Below are positions 1 through 8,653 of a stretch of 40,206 nucleotides of DNA, in pieces. Origin of the DNA: a candidate division WOR-3 bacterium (GTDB lineage: Bacteria > Hydrothermota > Hydrothermia > B15-G9); contig JALVZN010000032.1 in the NCBI GenBank assembly GCA_027037615.1, positions 1 through 40,206 of the forward strand. Direction: 5' to 3'. The notes beneath the pieces were generated by a model that was given only the letters and a program-made list of their open reading frames with translations, searched no databases and was not told the origin of the DNA. The first letter of the stretch is position 1. Each line of letters starts with the position of its first letter. The position numbers and the translations under genes are program-made.

Positions 1-3000
1 TTCATACTCGGTGCAATAATAGCCCTGGCAGTAGCAGGGAAAGCCGTGGCAGATGGCGCGGTGTATGTGATAATCGTTCCTGATTCGTGGGTGGAGCAAG
101 TCAGGCCTCTCGCAGAATGGAAGACGAAGAAGGGGCTGCCGACGAGGATAGTCCCGCTTTCGGAGTGTGGCAGCAGTGCGTCCAGAATAAGAAACTATCT
201 GGCAGTAGTTTACTCTTCATGGATCCCACGACCTCGTTATGTGCTTCTTGTGGGTGACCCTGACATAATCCCGTTCGGCCATGTGGATGGGGTCAGCACA
301 GACAGCTACTACGCAAATGTGATAGGCGATTTCAAAAACGAACTGATAGTGGGGCGTTTTTCGGTAACCACAGCTCAGCAAGCGGCATACATGGTCTATA
401 AAACCGTCATGTATGAAAGCGATCCTTTCATGGATGACACGCTGTGGTTTATGAAGGGCATGACGATTGTCCGAGAGGACGGCGATCAGGACGATTCGCT
501 TTACTATTGGTATGACGCTCGGATGGCGCACAGGTTATGGCGTGATCGAGGTTTTGTGCATATAGATTCGCTCTCGAGGTTCCGTGGAAACAACGCCAAT
601 GACATCCTAGACGGGCTGAATGATGGCCGAAGCATAGTGATATTCAGGGGCCAATCTGTCGGGACATGGTGGAGCCCGTTCAATGTCAATGTTGATAACA
701 TGGAGACGAGCTACAAATGGCCGTTCGTCATAGGTGCCACATGCAGGACGATCTCCGGCGGCGGTGACCACAACATGGACAAAGAATTCACTCTCGCAGG
801 CAACATTGATAATCCCAAAGGAGCGATCGGTTATTTCGGAACGACCACTGTTACCAGCAATGGCGCATGGCGAAGAAGCTATGTCACGAGAGGATTTCTG
901 CTCGCAATGTATGGCATGGATCAACCCAAGACGCTTGGGGAAGCCGCAGAGGCGGGCAGAATGTATTTGTATCAGCAGACAGGTACACTTCAGGATTATT
1001 ACGGGTTCCAGCTTATCGGAGATCCGGAGTTGAACCTGTGGACGCACACACCTATGATGCCCATGTTGATCTATCCATCTGTTGTCAGGTTCAACATGGA
1101 TGACACGGTCACCGTATCGGTTTATTACCCTGATGAGACACCTGTCAAAAGTGCCCTTGTCTCAATCCACACCAAAAACGATTCAGATGTTTACGAATTC
1201 GGCTACACGGATGACAACGGCAGAATTACATTTGTGATCTATCCCCATACAATCGACACTCTTGAACTCGCAGTCTCCGGTAAAAACCTCATGCCGACCT
1301 TCAAAAACATATTGGTCATTACCGAAGGGCCATATCTGACATTGCAGGAGGACAGCGTCTCCGAAAGTTACGGCAACCTTGACGGCTATCTGAACCCCGG
1401 AGAAAGAGCTGTTCTCTCAGTCAAGTTCAGGAATGTGGGAATGGATACTGCCAGAGAAGTCAACTTCAGATTAACCACAGAGGACACAGGCTATGTGACC
1501 CTCATAGACAGTCTGGAGTATATGCCTCAAATCGAGCCCAATGAGATCGTGGAGATAGACTCTGCGTTCGTGTTTGAAGTGAGCAGTTCGTTACACAAAG
1601 CGATTGACCTGCACTTTATGTTGACGGCGACTGGCAGCAGCGGCGACACATGGCGCATGGAGCTGCCTCCCATCCATGTCTATACGCCGATGGCCGATGT
1701 CGAAACAATCGTGATAAACGACTCCGCACAGGGAAACGGTGATGGAAAGCTGAGCCCTATGGAGCATTTCAACTTGTTACTGAATATCCGCAACGCCTCG
1801 CCGACAGGCGTTGACAGCCTCACAGGCAGAGTCCTGTATGATGGCGGCGAGATAATCCCGGTCACGGACACAACATGGTTTGGCAGGTTTGAAGGGGAGA
1901 CTTCTGTCTGGGGCACTCCGATCGAAATGGTGGTTTCCAACACGGCAAGGGCAGGCGATTCCGCGACAATCAGGGTCAGGCTGGTCGGCTACGGATTGAC
2001 CTATTCCTATGTTGACACGGTGGACTTAACCCTTGTAATTGGCACATCACATGATCCTTACGGGCCGGATCAATACGGTTATTGGGCATACGACAACACC
2101 GACAGCACTTCCATGCTCGCTCCACAGTTCCAGTGGATCGAAATTGCGCCTCCGGCAGGTGGGCCCGGCGAGATAGTCAGCGATATAACCAACGAGGACG
2201 CCGATACTGTGACCGTAGCGCTGCCGTTCAGGTTCAAGTTTTACGGCCTCACTTACGATTCTATCGGATTGTGTTCCAACGGGTTTATGGAGTTCCAGCA
2301 CTCATCTTACAGGTTTGGAGACAACACTCAGATACCCAACATGGGGCCGCCGCGCAGGATGCTGGCTCCTTTCTGGGACGACCTCGACCCTTCGCTCGCA
2401 GGTGACATCTACCAATATTACGATGAGGAAAACCATCGGTGGATCGTTGAGTTCTATCAGGTTGCACATTACGGAATGAGTAACAATACGGAGACATTTC
2501 AGGTTCAGCTTCTGGATCCAGCTTATTACCCGACGCCGACAGGCGATGGGATCATCCTATTCCTCTATGACCATGTGAGCGATGCGAGTTCTGCCACGAT
2601 CGGCATTGAGGATCACACAAACACGCGCGGAATTCAGTATGTGTTCAACAACAACTATCACATCTCGTCTGCACCGATAGAGGATAGGCGAGTGATCATG
2701 TTCTCAACACAGCTTCCGGCTTACTACCCGATGCCAAACATCAACCTCCTTGAGGTCACTGTGAGCGACACTGTCAATGGAAACGGAAACGGGCTGCTTG
2801 AGCCGGGCGAAACCTTTGCGATTAGGGTTCTGCTGTCAAATGTGGGCGGGACAACTGTCCACGACATCATCGGGACGCTGACGAGCGACGATTCGGATGT
2901 CTCGATCCTGACTGGAACTGTGAATTTTGGCGATGTTGATTCGCTCGGCGGCATTACATCGAACGAAATGCCGTTCATCGCGCGGCTACGGGACACAGTA

Positions 3001-3384
3001 TCCGACACGACGATAACCATGTCACTCCACATCTCATCTTCAGATCCTGCGTATGAAAACGACTTTGCGATAGAGCTTAGCAATCTGCTTCAGGGAATAT
3101 CAGAGAATGGCGCAGAGACGGTCAAATTTATGGCGCCACGCATCAGAAACGGCGTGACTCAAAAACTGCTGTTGATAAGTTTTTCCATTCCAAAGAGCTC
3201 TAATGTCAGTGTTGAACTCTTTGACGCATCGGGAAGGCGGGTTATGGCCACGAAACGAGAGCTTTATTCCCGCGGCAGTCACACGATTTCCGTGCCCGTA
3301 GCGGGGTTCAGGTCGGGCGTCTATTTTGCGGTGGTGCAGATAGGCGATATGCGGTTCTCACGCAAATTTGTGGTCTTGAAGTAG
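1..3384 (+). CDS. Secreted multidomain gingipain-like (peptidase C25 family) protein with T9SS-type C-terminal sorting domain; 5' end lies outside the window
   Basis: Frame 1 is open from nt 1 (FILGAIIALAVAGKAVADG looks like a signal-peptide tail), so the GTG at 46 is not the true start. The N-terminal ~330 aa follow the C25 layout (YVIIVP, YVLLVGDPDIIPF, VGRFS, PFVIGATC). There are three N-G-D/N-G..L.PGE...N(V/A)G beta-sandwich modules and a NIDO-like block (FRFKFYG..NGFMEF..LAPFWDDLDP). The last ~75 aa (VSVELFDASGRRV...GVYFAVVQIG...KFVVLK) look like a T9SS/FlgD-Ig-type sorting domain. Confidence 0.75.
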   Translation, partial: FILGAIIALAVAGKAVADGAVYVIIVPDSWVEQVRPLAEWKTKKGLPTRIVPLSECGSSASRIRNYLAVVYSSWIPRPRYVLLVGDPDIIPFGHVDGVSTDSYYANVIGDFKNELIVGRFSVTTAQQAAYMVYKTVMYESDPFMDDTLWFMKGMTIVREDGDQDDSLYYWYDARMAHRLWRDRGFVHIDSLSRFRGNNANDILDGLNDGRSIVIFRGQSVGTWWSPFNVNVDNMETSYKWPFVIGATCRTISGGGDHNMDKEFTLAGNIDNPKGAIGYFGTTTVTSNGAWRRSYVTRGFLLAMYGMDQPKTLGEAAEAGRMYLYQQTGTLQDYYGFQLIGDPELNLWTHTPMMPMLIYPSVVRFNMDDTVTVSVYYPDETPVKSALVSIHTKNDSDVYEFGYTDDNGRITFVIYPHTIDTLELAVSGKNLMPTFKNILVITEGPYLTLQEDSVSESYGNLDGYLNPGERAVLSVKFRNVGMDTAREVNFRLTTEDTGYVTLIDSLEYMPQIEPNEIVEIDSAFVFEVSSSLHKAIDLHFMLTATGSSGDTWRMELPPIHVYTPMADVETIVINDSAQGNGDGKLSPMEHFNLLLNIRNASPTGVDSLTGRVLYDGGEIIPVTDTTWFGRFEGETSVWGTPIEMVVSNTARAGDSATIRVRLVGYGLTYSYVDTVDLTLVIGTSHDPYGPDQYGYWAYDNTDSTSMLAPQFQWIEIAPPAGGPGEIVSDITNEDADTVTVALPFRFKFYGLTYDSIGLCSNGFMEFQHSSYRFGDNTQIPNMGPPRRMLAPFWDDLDPSLAGDIYQYYDEENHRWIVEFYQVAHYGMSNNTETFQVQLLDPAYYPTPTGDGIILFLYDHVSDASSATIGIEDHTNTRGIQYVFNNNYHISSAPIEDRRVIMFSTQLPAYYPMPNINLLEVTVSDTVNGNGNGLLEPGETFAIRVLLSNVGGTTVHDIIGTLTSDDSDVSILTGTVNFGDVDSLGGITSNEMPFIARLRDTVSDTTITMSLHISSSDPAYENDFAIELSNLLQGISENGAETVKFMAPRIRNGVTQKLLLISFSIPKSSNVSVELFDASGRRVMATKRELYSRGSHTISVPVAGFRSGVYFAVVQIGDMRFSRKFVVLK

Positions 3385-3393
3385 TGGGGGGTT

Positions 3394-3416
3394 GGGCGGG
3401 AGCGAAGCTCCCGCCC
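3394..3416. terminator. Perfect GC-rich hairpin between convergent genes (candidate bidirectional terminator)
   Basis: GGGCGGGAGC-GAA-GCTCCCGCCC forms a 10-bp perfect stem. It starts 10 nt after the stop of the C25-like gene and ends 5 nt before the pth stop. No clear U-tract on either strand. Confidence 0.55.
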
Positions 3417-3420
3417 GAGC

Positions 3421-3999
3421 TCAATTTGCCGGCACCCAGCTGTTTATGAGCTGAATTGCCCGATCGGTCTGGCCATCAAGGTAGAGCTTTAACCCATCGT
3501 AGGCCGTCGGAAAACCTAACCGCAAAGTCTCAAGCTCATCGTCCGTGAATTCCGACAGCACATAGTCCCTCAAGCTCATCCCCTGTGGCGGGGCGCCTAT
3601 GCCCAGACGGAGGCGGGGCACCCTGTCGTCGCCGAGGTGATAGAGCACGGACTTAAGACCGTTGTGGCCGCCATCACTGCCTTTTAGCCTGAACCGCATC
3701 TTACCCAGAGGCAGGTTGACATCGTCCAGAATTACGACCATCTCGCTGAGGTCAGAGATACCATAAAGTTCGATTATCTGGACAGCTGCCACACCGGAGT
3801 TGTTCATGTATGTGGTGGGTTTGAACATGACAAATTTTGAGTGTCCGCCCTCGGCGACCCAGAAATCGCCCTTGCCGGGCCTGAACTTCAGCTTTTCCCT
3901 ATACGCAATGTAATCGGCTAACATCCAGCCGGCGTTGTGACGGGTAAAAGCATATTCATCTCCGGGGTTACCGAGTGCCAGCAAAAAGAGTTTTTCCAT
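3421..3999 (-). CDS. pth: Peptidyl-tRNA hydrolase
   Basis: N-terminus LALGNPGDEYAFTRHNAGWM plus GHNGLKS and typical ~190 aa length. Its start lies 2 nt after the stop of the upstream lipoprotein gene. Confidence 0.92.
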   Translation of the reverse strand: MEKLFLLALGNPGDEYAFTRHNAGWMLADYIAYREKLKFRPGKGDFWVAEGGHSKFVMFKPTTYMNNSGVAAVQIIELYGISDLSEMVVILDDVNLPLGKMRFRLKGSDGGHNGLKSVLYHLGDDRVPRLRLGIGAPPQGMSLRDYVLSEFTDDELETLRLGFPTAYDGLKLYLDGQTDRAIQLINSWVPAN

Positions 4000-4001
4000 A
4001 G

Positions 4002-4445
4002 CTATCTGGTGGACGGAACCACATACATCGTATCGACATTTATGTTCGTGAGATCCTCACCATTCACAACGATGGAATCAGGGACAGTCACGATAATGGA
4101 ATCCGCCAGGGTGTCGGGATGGCCAAACCAGCCAATCGGATCGTCAGGATCAGGTGTCAAATTGTTATTCGTGTCCGCTATAGCGAACAGGTAGTAAACA
4201 CCATCTTCCACCCTGTAAATCGTGTAGTTGCCATCCTGCCCCACTATCATTCCGTTGGAGATATCTATTCCCGCCGTATCCGACGGCGATGTCAGAAGAA
4301 ACACAAATGTGTGCGGATATGTGTGCTGCCCATCGTAAGTTACCTTTCCCGACACCGTAACTCCACCTATTACCTCCCGCAGGTCACACGAGCTTACGAT
4401 CAAGCTCATTGCAATTAGCACTGTTATTACGGCAATTTTCTTCAT
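4002..4445 (-). CDS. Small lipoprotein, function unknown
   Basis: MKKIAVITVLIAMSLIVSSC is a signal peptide with lipobox V-S-S-C. A strong SD (AAAGGAGGGA) precedes the ATG at 4445. Confidence 0.7.
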   Translation of the reverse strand: MKKIAVITVLIAMSLIVSSCDLREVIGGVTVSGKVTYDGQHTYPHTFVFLLTSPSDTAGIDISNGMIVGQDGNYTIYRVEDGVYYLFAIADTNNNLTPDPDDPIGWFGHPDTLADSIIVTVPDSIVVNGEDLTNINVDTMYVVPSTR

Positions 4446-4983
4446 CTTATCCCTCCTTTTGGTTATTTGTTAATAAATGCTTATCTGGAAGTCCCCACCA
4501 CACAGCTGCAGCGAACGGCATAAACAACCGTGAAAAATTATACTATACAGGCTCAACGAAAAGAAACGGCCTGTGAAACATGACAAATAAGGTATGCAGA
4601 ACGGAAGGAACTGCAATTTAGATACCCGAAAAAGACAGAAAACAGTGGAATCTTCCCCTTTCTTCAGGCGGGAAAATAGCCCAGAGGGAGAAGGTCTTAC
4701 CTATGAGGAAATCTTTTGGTAGATGCTAGAGAAATTATAACAGCAAAGATGACAAAAAGGTATCGTACATGAGGCAAAGAAGCTTATTTCAAGTAGATTT
4801 TCTCACGAGGTAACGAGCTACACTGCTGTTACGTGAATTTTATAGAGAGCAAGAGAGCTATACGCCGCTTTGTGGCTCCCAACACGCTGTCGCATCATCA
4901 ATAAAATGTAACCTATAAACTCGCCTCAATCTCTTTGCATAACTGATCATCCCTATACATATCCCACCAGTTAACAATTCCCG

Positions 4984-5250
4984 CTACCTTATCCGTGGTA
5001 CTTCCACGACCACCAATATATACCCTGGCACCATAGCCACTATGTCGCTGTTTTTCTGGGTTATCACAATGCAGGCTTTGCGTTTCTTCCAGTAGAATTC
5101 ATCTATTTTCAAGATGATCTCTGCCTCCGAGGCTAACGCATCTTTGCCTGTATCAAATTTGGTGTATTTCAAGATGTTAGATAGTGTGTGAGGTTTTATT
5201 TCTATCATCATAGCGACCTTATAGATTGGCATATAAGCGAGTTTTCTCAA
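4984..5250 (-). CDS. Hypothetical small ORF in AT-rich patch (start uncertain; an ATG at 5211 has an AAGG SD-like motif)
   Basis: ORF only, with no family recognised. The ...KACIVITQKNSDIVAMVP stretch is vaguely Phd/YefM-like. A second frame across its 3' end is also open, which suggests decay or ambiguity. Confidence 0.25.
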   Translation of the reverse strand: MRKLAYMPIYKVAMMIEIKPHTLSNILKYTKFDTGKDALASEAEIILKIDEFYWKKRKACIVITQKNSDIVAMVPGYILVVVEVPRIR

Positions 5251-5473
5251 AGTGCAGATAAGGACATCTATGCGAATTTATATCTTCAAGGTACTTTACG
5301 ATGGACTTTCTAAATTTGGGAGAGATGAAGCAAATGGGTTTGCAGGGAGCATAGAAAGAGCGATCATTTACAAATGCAATAAGGCATTTAGTTTCAGGGA
5401 GATGTTTGTGGATATGCATCTTGGTAGTATCTTGGTACTGGAATGTGGCGGATTGGTCTTTTAATTTTTGCAT
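5219..5473 (-). CDS. Hypothetical small ORF in AT-rich patch (conflicts with a + strand ORF at 5252/5270..5464)
   Basis: ORF only, with no SD before the ATG at 5473. The overlapping + strand ORF has a better SD (AAGGA 5 nt before the ATG at 5270). The coding strand is unresolved. Confidence 0.15.
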   Translation of the reverse strand: MQKLKDQSATFQYQDTTKMHIHKHLPETKCLIAFVNDRSFYAPCKPICFISPKFRKSIVKYLEDINSHRCPYLHFEKTRLYANL

Positions 5474-5583
5474 TGAGAGAGATTGTGATGTTCATTTCTA
5501 CCTACTGGTGGGTTGGATACACTCTTTCGCCCCAACAGGGGAAAATTTAGGTCATAGATAAAACAGCAAGCAGGCCAGCACCT

Positions 5584-5613
5584 TTGACTTGCCCGTGATA
5601 CCTGCTGAATAAT
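5584..5613 (+). promoter_or_regulatory. Candidate sigma70-type promoter (TTGACT-18-AATAAT) ending 9 nt before the ATG at 5623
   Basis: Hexamers read directly from the sequence. There is no SD between the -10 element and the ATG, so the transcript would be leaderless or nearly so. Confidence 0.3.
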
Positions 5614-5622
5614 TGCATCTCC

Positions 5623-6612
5623 ATGAAATTAGACAGGCGAATTAAAAGAGGCATTCAGATAGCAATCCTTTCTTTTACTATTGTCTCCGTGGGGTTGCTG
5701 CTGCTGACGATAGACAAAAGGACGATTGAGCTCCTTGAAAAATTCAATCCGGAGCTCTTTTTGTTCATAGTTTTTGTATGGTTCGCTTACAGATTTGCCG
5801 ATGGATTTGGCATATCGGTGATCGCGAGGCTGCTCGGCCACAAGATTTCGCCCATAAAAGGGTTTGAAGTCGTGCTTGTGGGGCTTTTCCTATCAGCAGT
5901 AACCCCGTTCCAGATAAGCGGCATCCCGATGCAGATATACATGTTGCACGAAGAGGGCATGGATGTGGGGAAAGCGACGGCTGTCATAATGGCGCGCGGA
6001 GTGCTCTATTACCTTGTTGTGGTGCCGCTATTGCCTTTCATCTTTGTGATACTCGACATCTCGTCTAACTTCGTGGTAAAACTGCTTTTCGGATACTTGA
6101 TGGTAACCGGAGGCACAGCCATTATCCTGTATATCCTGTTTGTGCGTCGGCCGGATCTACTGCTAAAACTTGTTCCGTCAAAATGGTCAAAAGTGAGAGC
6201 TTTTGTGTTCACAGAGCTAAAGAACCTTCAGGAGGGCATCAGGGTCCTTCTCGACGCAAAAGATGTGTTTAGAACGGTTCTGGCGGTGCTTTCCTACCTC
6301 GTTTCAATACTTCTGCTGGCCTCAATAGCCCCACTGACCCTTTACGGGATGGGATTCCCTCCGCAACCGTTAAAATCAGCAGCGGCACTTATCCTGATGT
6401 ATAGCAGTTTGTTATACACGCCTACGCCCGGCGGCGTAGGAATCGCTGAGACAGTGGCCGCTGCACTGTTTTCAGCTGTATGCCCAACTTACGCTGTCGG
6501 CATCTTAGTGATACTCATAAGGTTGTTTACATTCTACATCGGGGCGATTTTGGGCGGTATAGTGTTTTTCCGTAAATCTCTGACGCTTGAAGCTCTTAAA
6601 GAGAAGGAATAA
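5623..6612 (+). CDS. Flippase-like / lysylphosphatidylglycerol-synthase-TM-domain (UPF0104) family integral membrane protein
   Basis: About 8 hydrophobic segments, a basic N-terminus and a TPTPGGVGIAE motif characteristic of the UPF0104/LPG_synthase_TM family. Confidence 0.6.
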   Translation: MKLDRRIKRGIQIAILSFTIVSVGLLLLTIDKRTIELLEKFNPELFLFIVFVWFAYRFADGFGISVIARLLGHKISPIKGFEVVLVGLFLSAVTPFQISGIPMQIYMLHEEGMDVGKATAVIMARGVLYYLVVVPLLPFIFVILDISSNFVVKLLFGYLMVTGGTAIILYILFVRRPDLLLKLVPSKWSKVRAFVFTELKNLQEGIRVLLDAKDVFRTVLAVLSYLVSILLLASIAPLTLYGMGFPPQPLKSAAALILMYSSLLYTPTPGGVGIAETVAAALFSAVCPTYAVGILVILIRLFTFYIGAILGGIVFFRKSLTLEALKEKE

Positions 6613-6661
6613 CATAAATGTTTAACCAATCGTTTTTTTCGGCTCATAGGAGGTGAGGCTG

Positions 6662-8653
6662 ATGAGAAGGTGGTGGATAGTTGGTTTCTTAATTTCCATT
6701 TTATTTGTGGCAGGCTGCCTTGAAAAGCCTGAAGGGCCAACGAACTGGGATATACAACTTGCAACTCCATTGATAAAAGACTCCTTGTTGTTTGATAGCT
6801 TGAGATTCAACTTCGATTCTACATTCGGGATAAGATATGACTCGCTCGGCATCCTGACACTTGATTTTTCGGACACATTGCCTCCTGAAACCCTTCAAAG
6901 CATCCTCGACCTGCCGGAAGTGCACGATACCTTCGCCATAAACCTGAACGATTTCTTCGTGATAGATATCGACACGACAAGCACCAGCATTACCCTATTT
7001 GACCTTGTGCCGCCAGCTTTCCGACCTCTACTGCCGGATTCTGGTTATGGCGTAATTCCGCCTTTCCACAACACTGTATCGACAACCGATACAGTGCAAG
7101 GCGTGCACTGGACAAGCATCAGAAGGGGCAGATTTTATGTATCGATAAAAAACTTTGTGCCACTCACCATCGATACTCTGAACATCGTCCTCAGCAACTC
7201 CAGAAACCAGAACATCTTCAACCTCAGATTTAACGACATTCCATTTGGCGGCGAGCACGACACAGTCATACATCTGTCAAATGTATGGGTAGATTCTATA
7301 ACAAGTTACAGGATAGAGCTTTCCTCATCCGGCAGCCCAGGAGACTCAGTCTGGATAAGGAGAGACGATTCTCTGGTCATCGTGTTTTCGCTCGACTCTC
7401 TCCGAGTTGACAGCATAGCCATATCAGGTGGGCGGTTGCATGGGCAGGACAGCTCTCAGAAGACATTTGACATCGAGCATGGCATATTGGTTGACACGGT
7501 AGCATTTTCAAGCGGACTTCTGGCAATCCATGTTTTCAATTCCCTCGGATTTAACATCTTCTCCGGCATGCACATCCCGGAATTCAACATCGACACTGTG
7601 CTCAACATCCACCCTAACGGAGTTACAGATTTCCCGATAGAGCTCGCCACACATCCCTACATCCGAATGCATCCAGATTCAAATGCGGTGTCGGTAGCTG
7701 TATTCGTAGATGCCCAAATTCCGGGGGATAGCGTGGTCGTGCTTCGTCCAAGTGACAGTTTGGGGATAGCACTCGATCTAACAGGCGCCCAATTTGACAG
7801 AGCTGCGGTAACATTTTCCGAGCCATACACAGACACGATAAAAGGGGACACGATCACACTCGGGAATATCGATTTGCCCGAGAATTTCAGCATAAATGCT
7901 GCGCTTTTGAGGCTAAACATAGTGAACGGGATAAGGTTTTCGCCAGAATTCAGCTTGCGTGTCGTGGGATACAACGATGAAGGCGATTCCATAGCACTCC
8001 CGATACCTACCATCAGGCTCATGCCGGGTACTCCTTCCAATCCTGAAACGACATCGATCTCCATAGATGCGGCGCCGCTCATAAATTTCCATCCGACATC
8101 TGTGGTGTTCGGAGGCATCGCTCAGATAGGCGGCAATGGCGCAATTTACAGCAACTCATTCATTGGAGGTAACTTCTCGATAAATGTCCCGTTCATATTT
8201 TCGATAGGGGCGGATACGGCCTACACCGACACCTATGACCTCTCACTTAACGACGACTTTCTGGGAGCACTTGTCGATTCTTCTCTTCTCAAAGAGCTTT
8301 CCGTTATCCTGCGCATACGGAACAGGTTTCCGTTCGGCTTCTCCAAATTCAACATCGTGTTGCTCGACACAACAACCGGCGATACTGCAATCCTGACAGT
8401 CAACAGATTCCCGCCCGCACCTACTGATAGCCTCGGAATCCCGATAAGGGACACGGCATTTGTGGATACGATAACGGCGGACAGCACATTTCTCCAATTT
8501 CTCACACATGCTAACAAAGTCTATGCAAGTGTGACATGGCCTGCGATTCACAGGGCGGCTCTTTTCAGGGATAGCAAATTGACTTTCAACTCTTATGGGT
8601 TCCTGAAGGCTCGAGTTGATATTAGCAAACTCCCAAAAGGAGGCCAACAATGA
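6662..8653 (+). CDS. Large lipoprotein of unknown function (663 aa)
   Basis: SD AGGAGG at 6648-6653 sits 8 nt before the ATG at 6662; the track's GTG at 6653 lies inside the SD. MRRWWIVGFLISILFVAGC is a lipobox, and that Cys is the only Cys in the protein. Composition is Ser/Asp/Ile/Thr/Asn-rich and beta-type. Its stop overlaps the next start (ATGA). Confidence 0.7.
   Translation: MRRWWIVGFLISILFVAGCLEKPEGPTNWDIQLATPLIKDSLLFDSLRFNFDSTFGIRYDSLGILTLDFSDTLPPETLQSILDLPEVHDTFAINLNDFFVIDIDTTSTSITLFDLVPPAFRPLLPDSGYGVIPPFHNTVSTTDTVQGVHWTSIRRGRFYVSIKNFVPLTIDTLNIVLSNSRNQNIFNLRFNDIPFGGEHDTVIHLSNVWVDSITSYRIELSSSGSPGDSVWIRRDDSLVIVFSLDSLRVDSIAISGGRLHGQDSSQKTFDIEHGILVDTVAFSSGLLAIHVFNSLGFNIFSGMHIPEFNIDTVLNIHPNGVTDFPIELATHPYIRMHPDSNAVSVAVFVDAQIPGDSVVVLRPSDSLGIALDLTGAQFDRAAVTFSEPYTDTIKGDTITLGNIDLPENFSINAALLRLNIVNGIRFSPEFSLRVVGYNDEGDSIALPIPTIRLMPGTPSNPETTSISIDAAPLINFHPTSVVFGGIAQIGGNGAIYSNSFIGGNFSINVPFIFSIGADTAYTDTYDLSLNDDFLGALVDSSLLKELSVILRIRNRFPFGFSKFNIVLLDTTTGDTAILTVNRFPPAPTDSLGIPIRDTAFVDTITADSTFLQFLTHANKVYASVTWPAIHRAALFRDSKLTFNSYGFLKARVDISKLPKGGQQ

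Noticed and set aside
46-48. The GTG at 46 as the start of the C25-like gene.
   Set aside because: The frame is open back to nt 1 and the preceding residues form the hydrophobic core of a signal peptide. The gene therefore starts upstream of the window.
4446-4983. RNase P RNA, tmRNA or another large structured RNA in the ORF-free 540 nt.
   Set aside because: There is no GAGGAAAGUCC-type P4 element in the correct order (only ACAGAAAACAGTGG followed by GGGAGAAGGTC, the wrong order). There is also no tRNA-like end or tag ORF. Nothing is assignable by eye, and the region is reported only as unexplained.
4963-5512. A 9-bp inverted repeat (CCCACCAGT at 4963-4971 and ACTGGTGGG at 5504-5512) bracketing the small ORFs as possible element ends.
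   Set aside because: The match does not extend beyond 9 bp, and a 9-mer inverted match within ~1 kb is expected by chance. There are no target-site duplications and no transposase.
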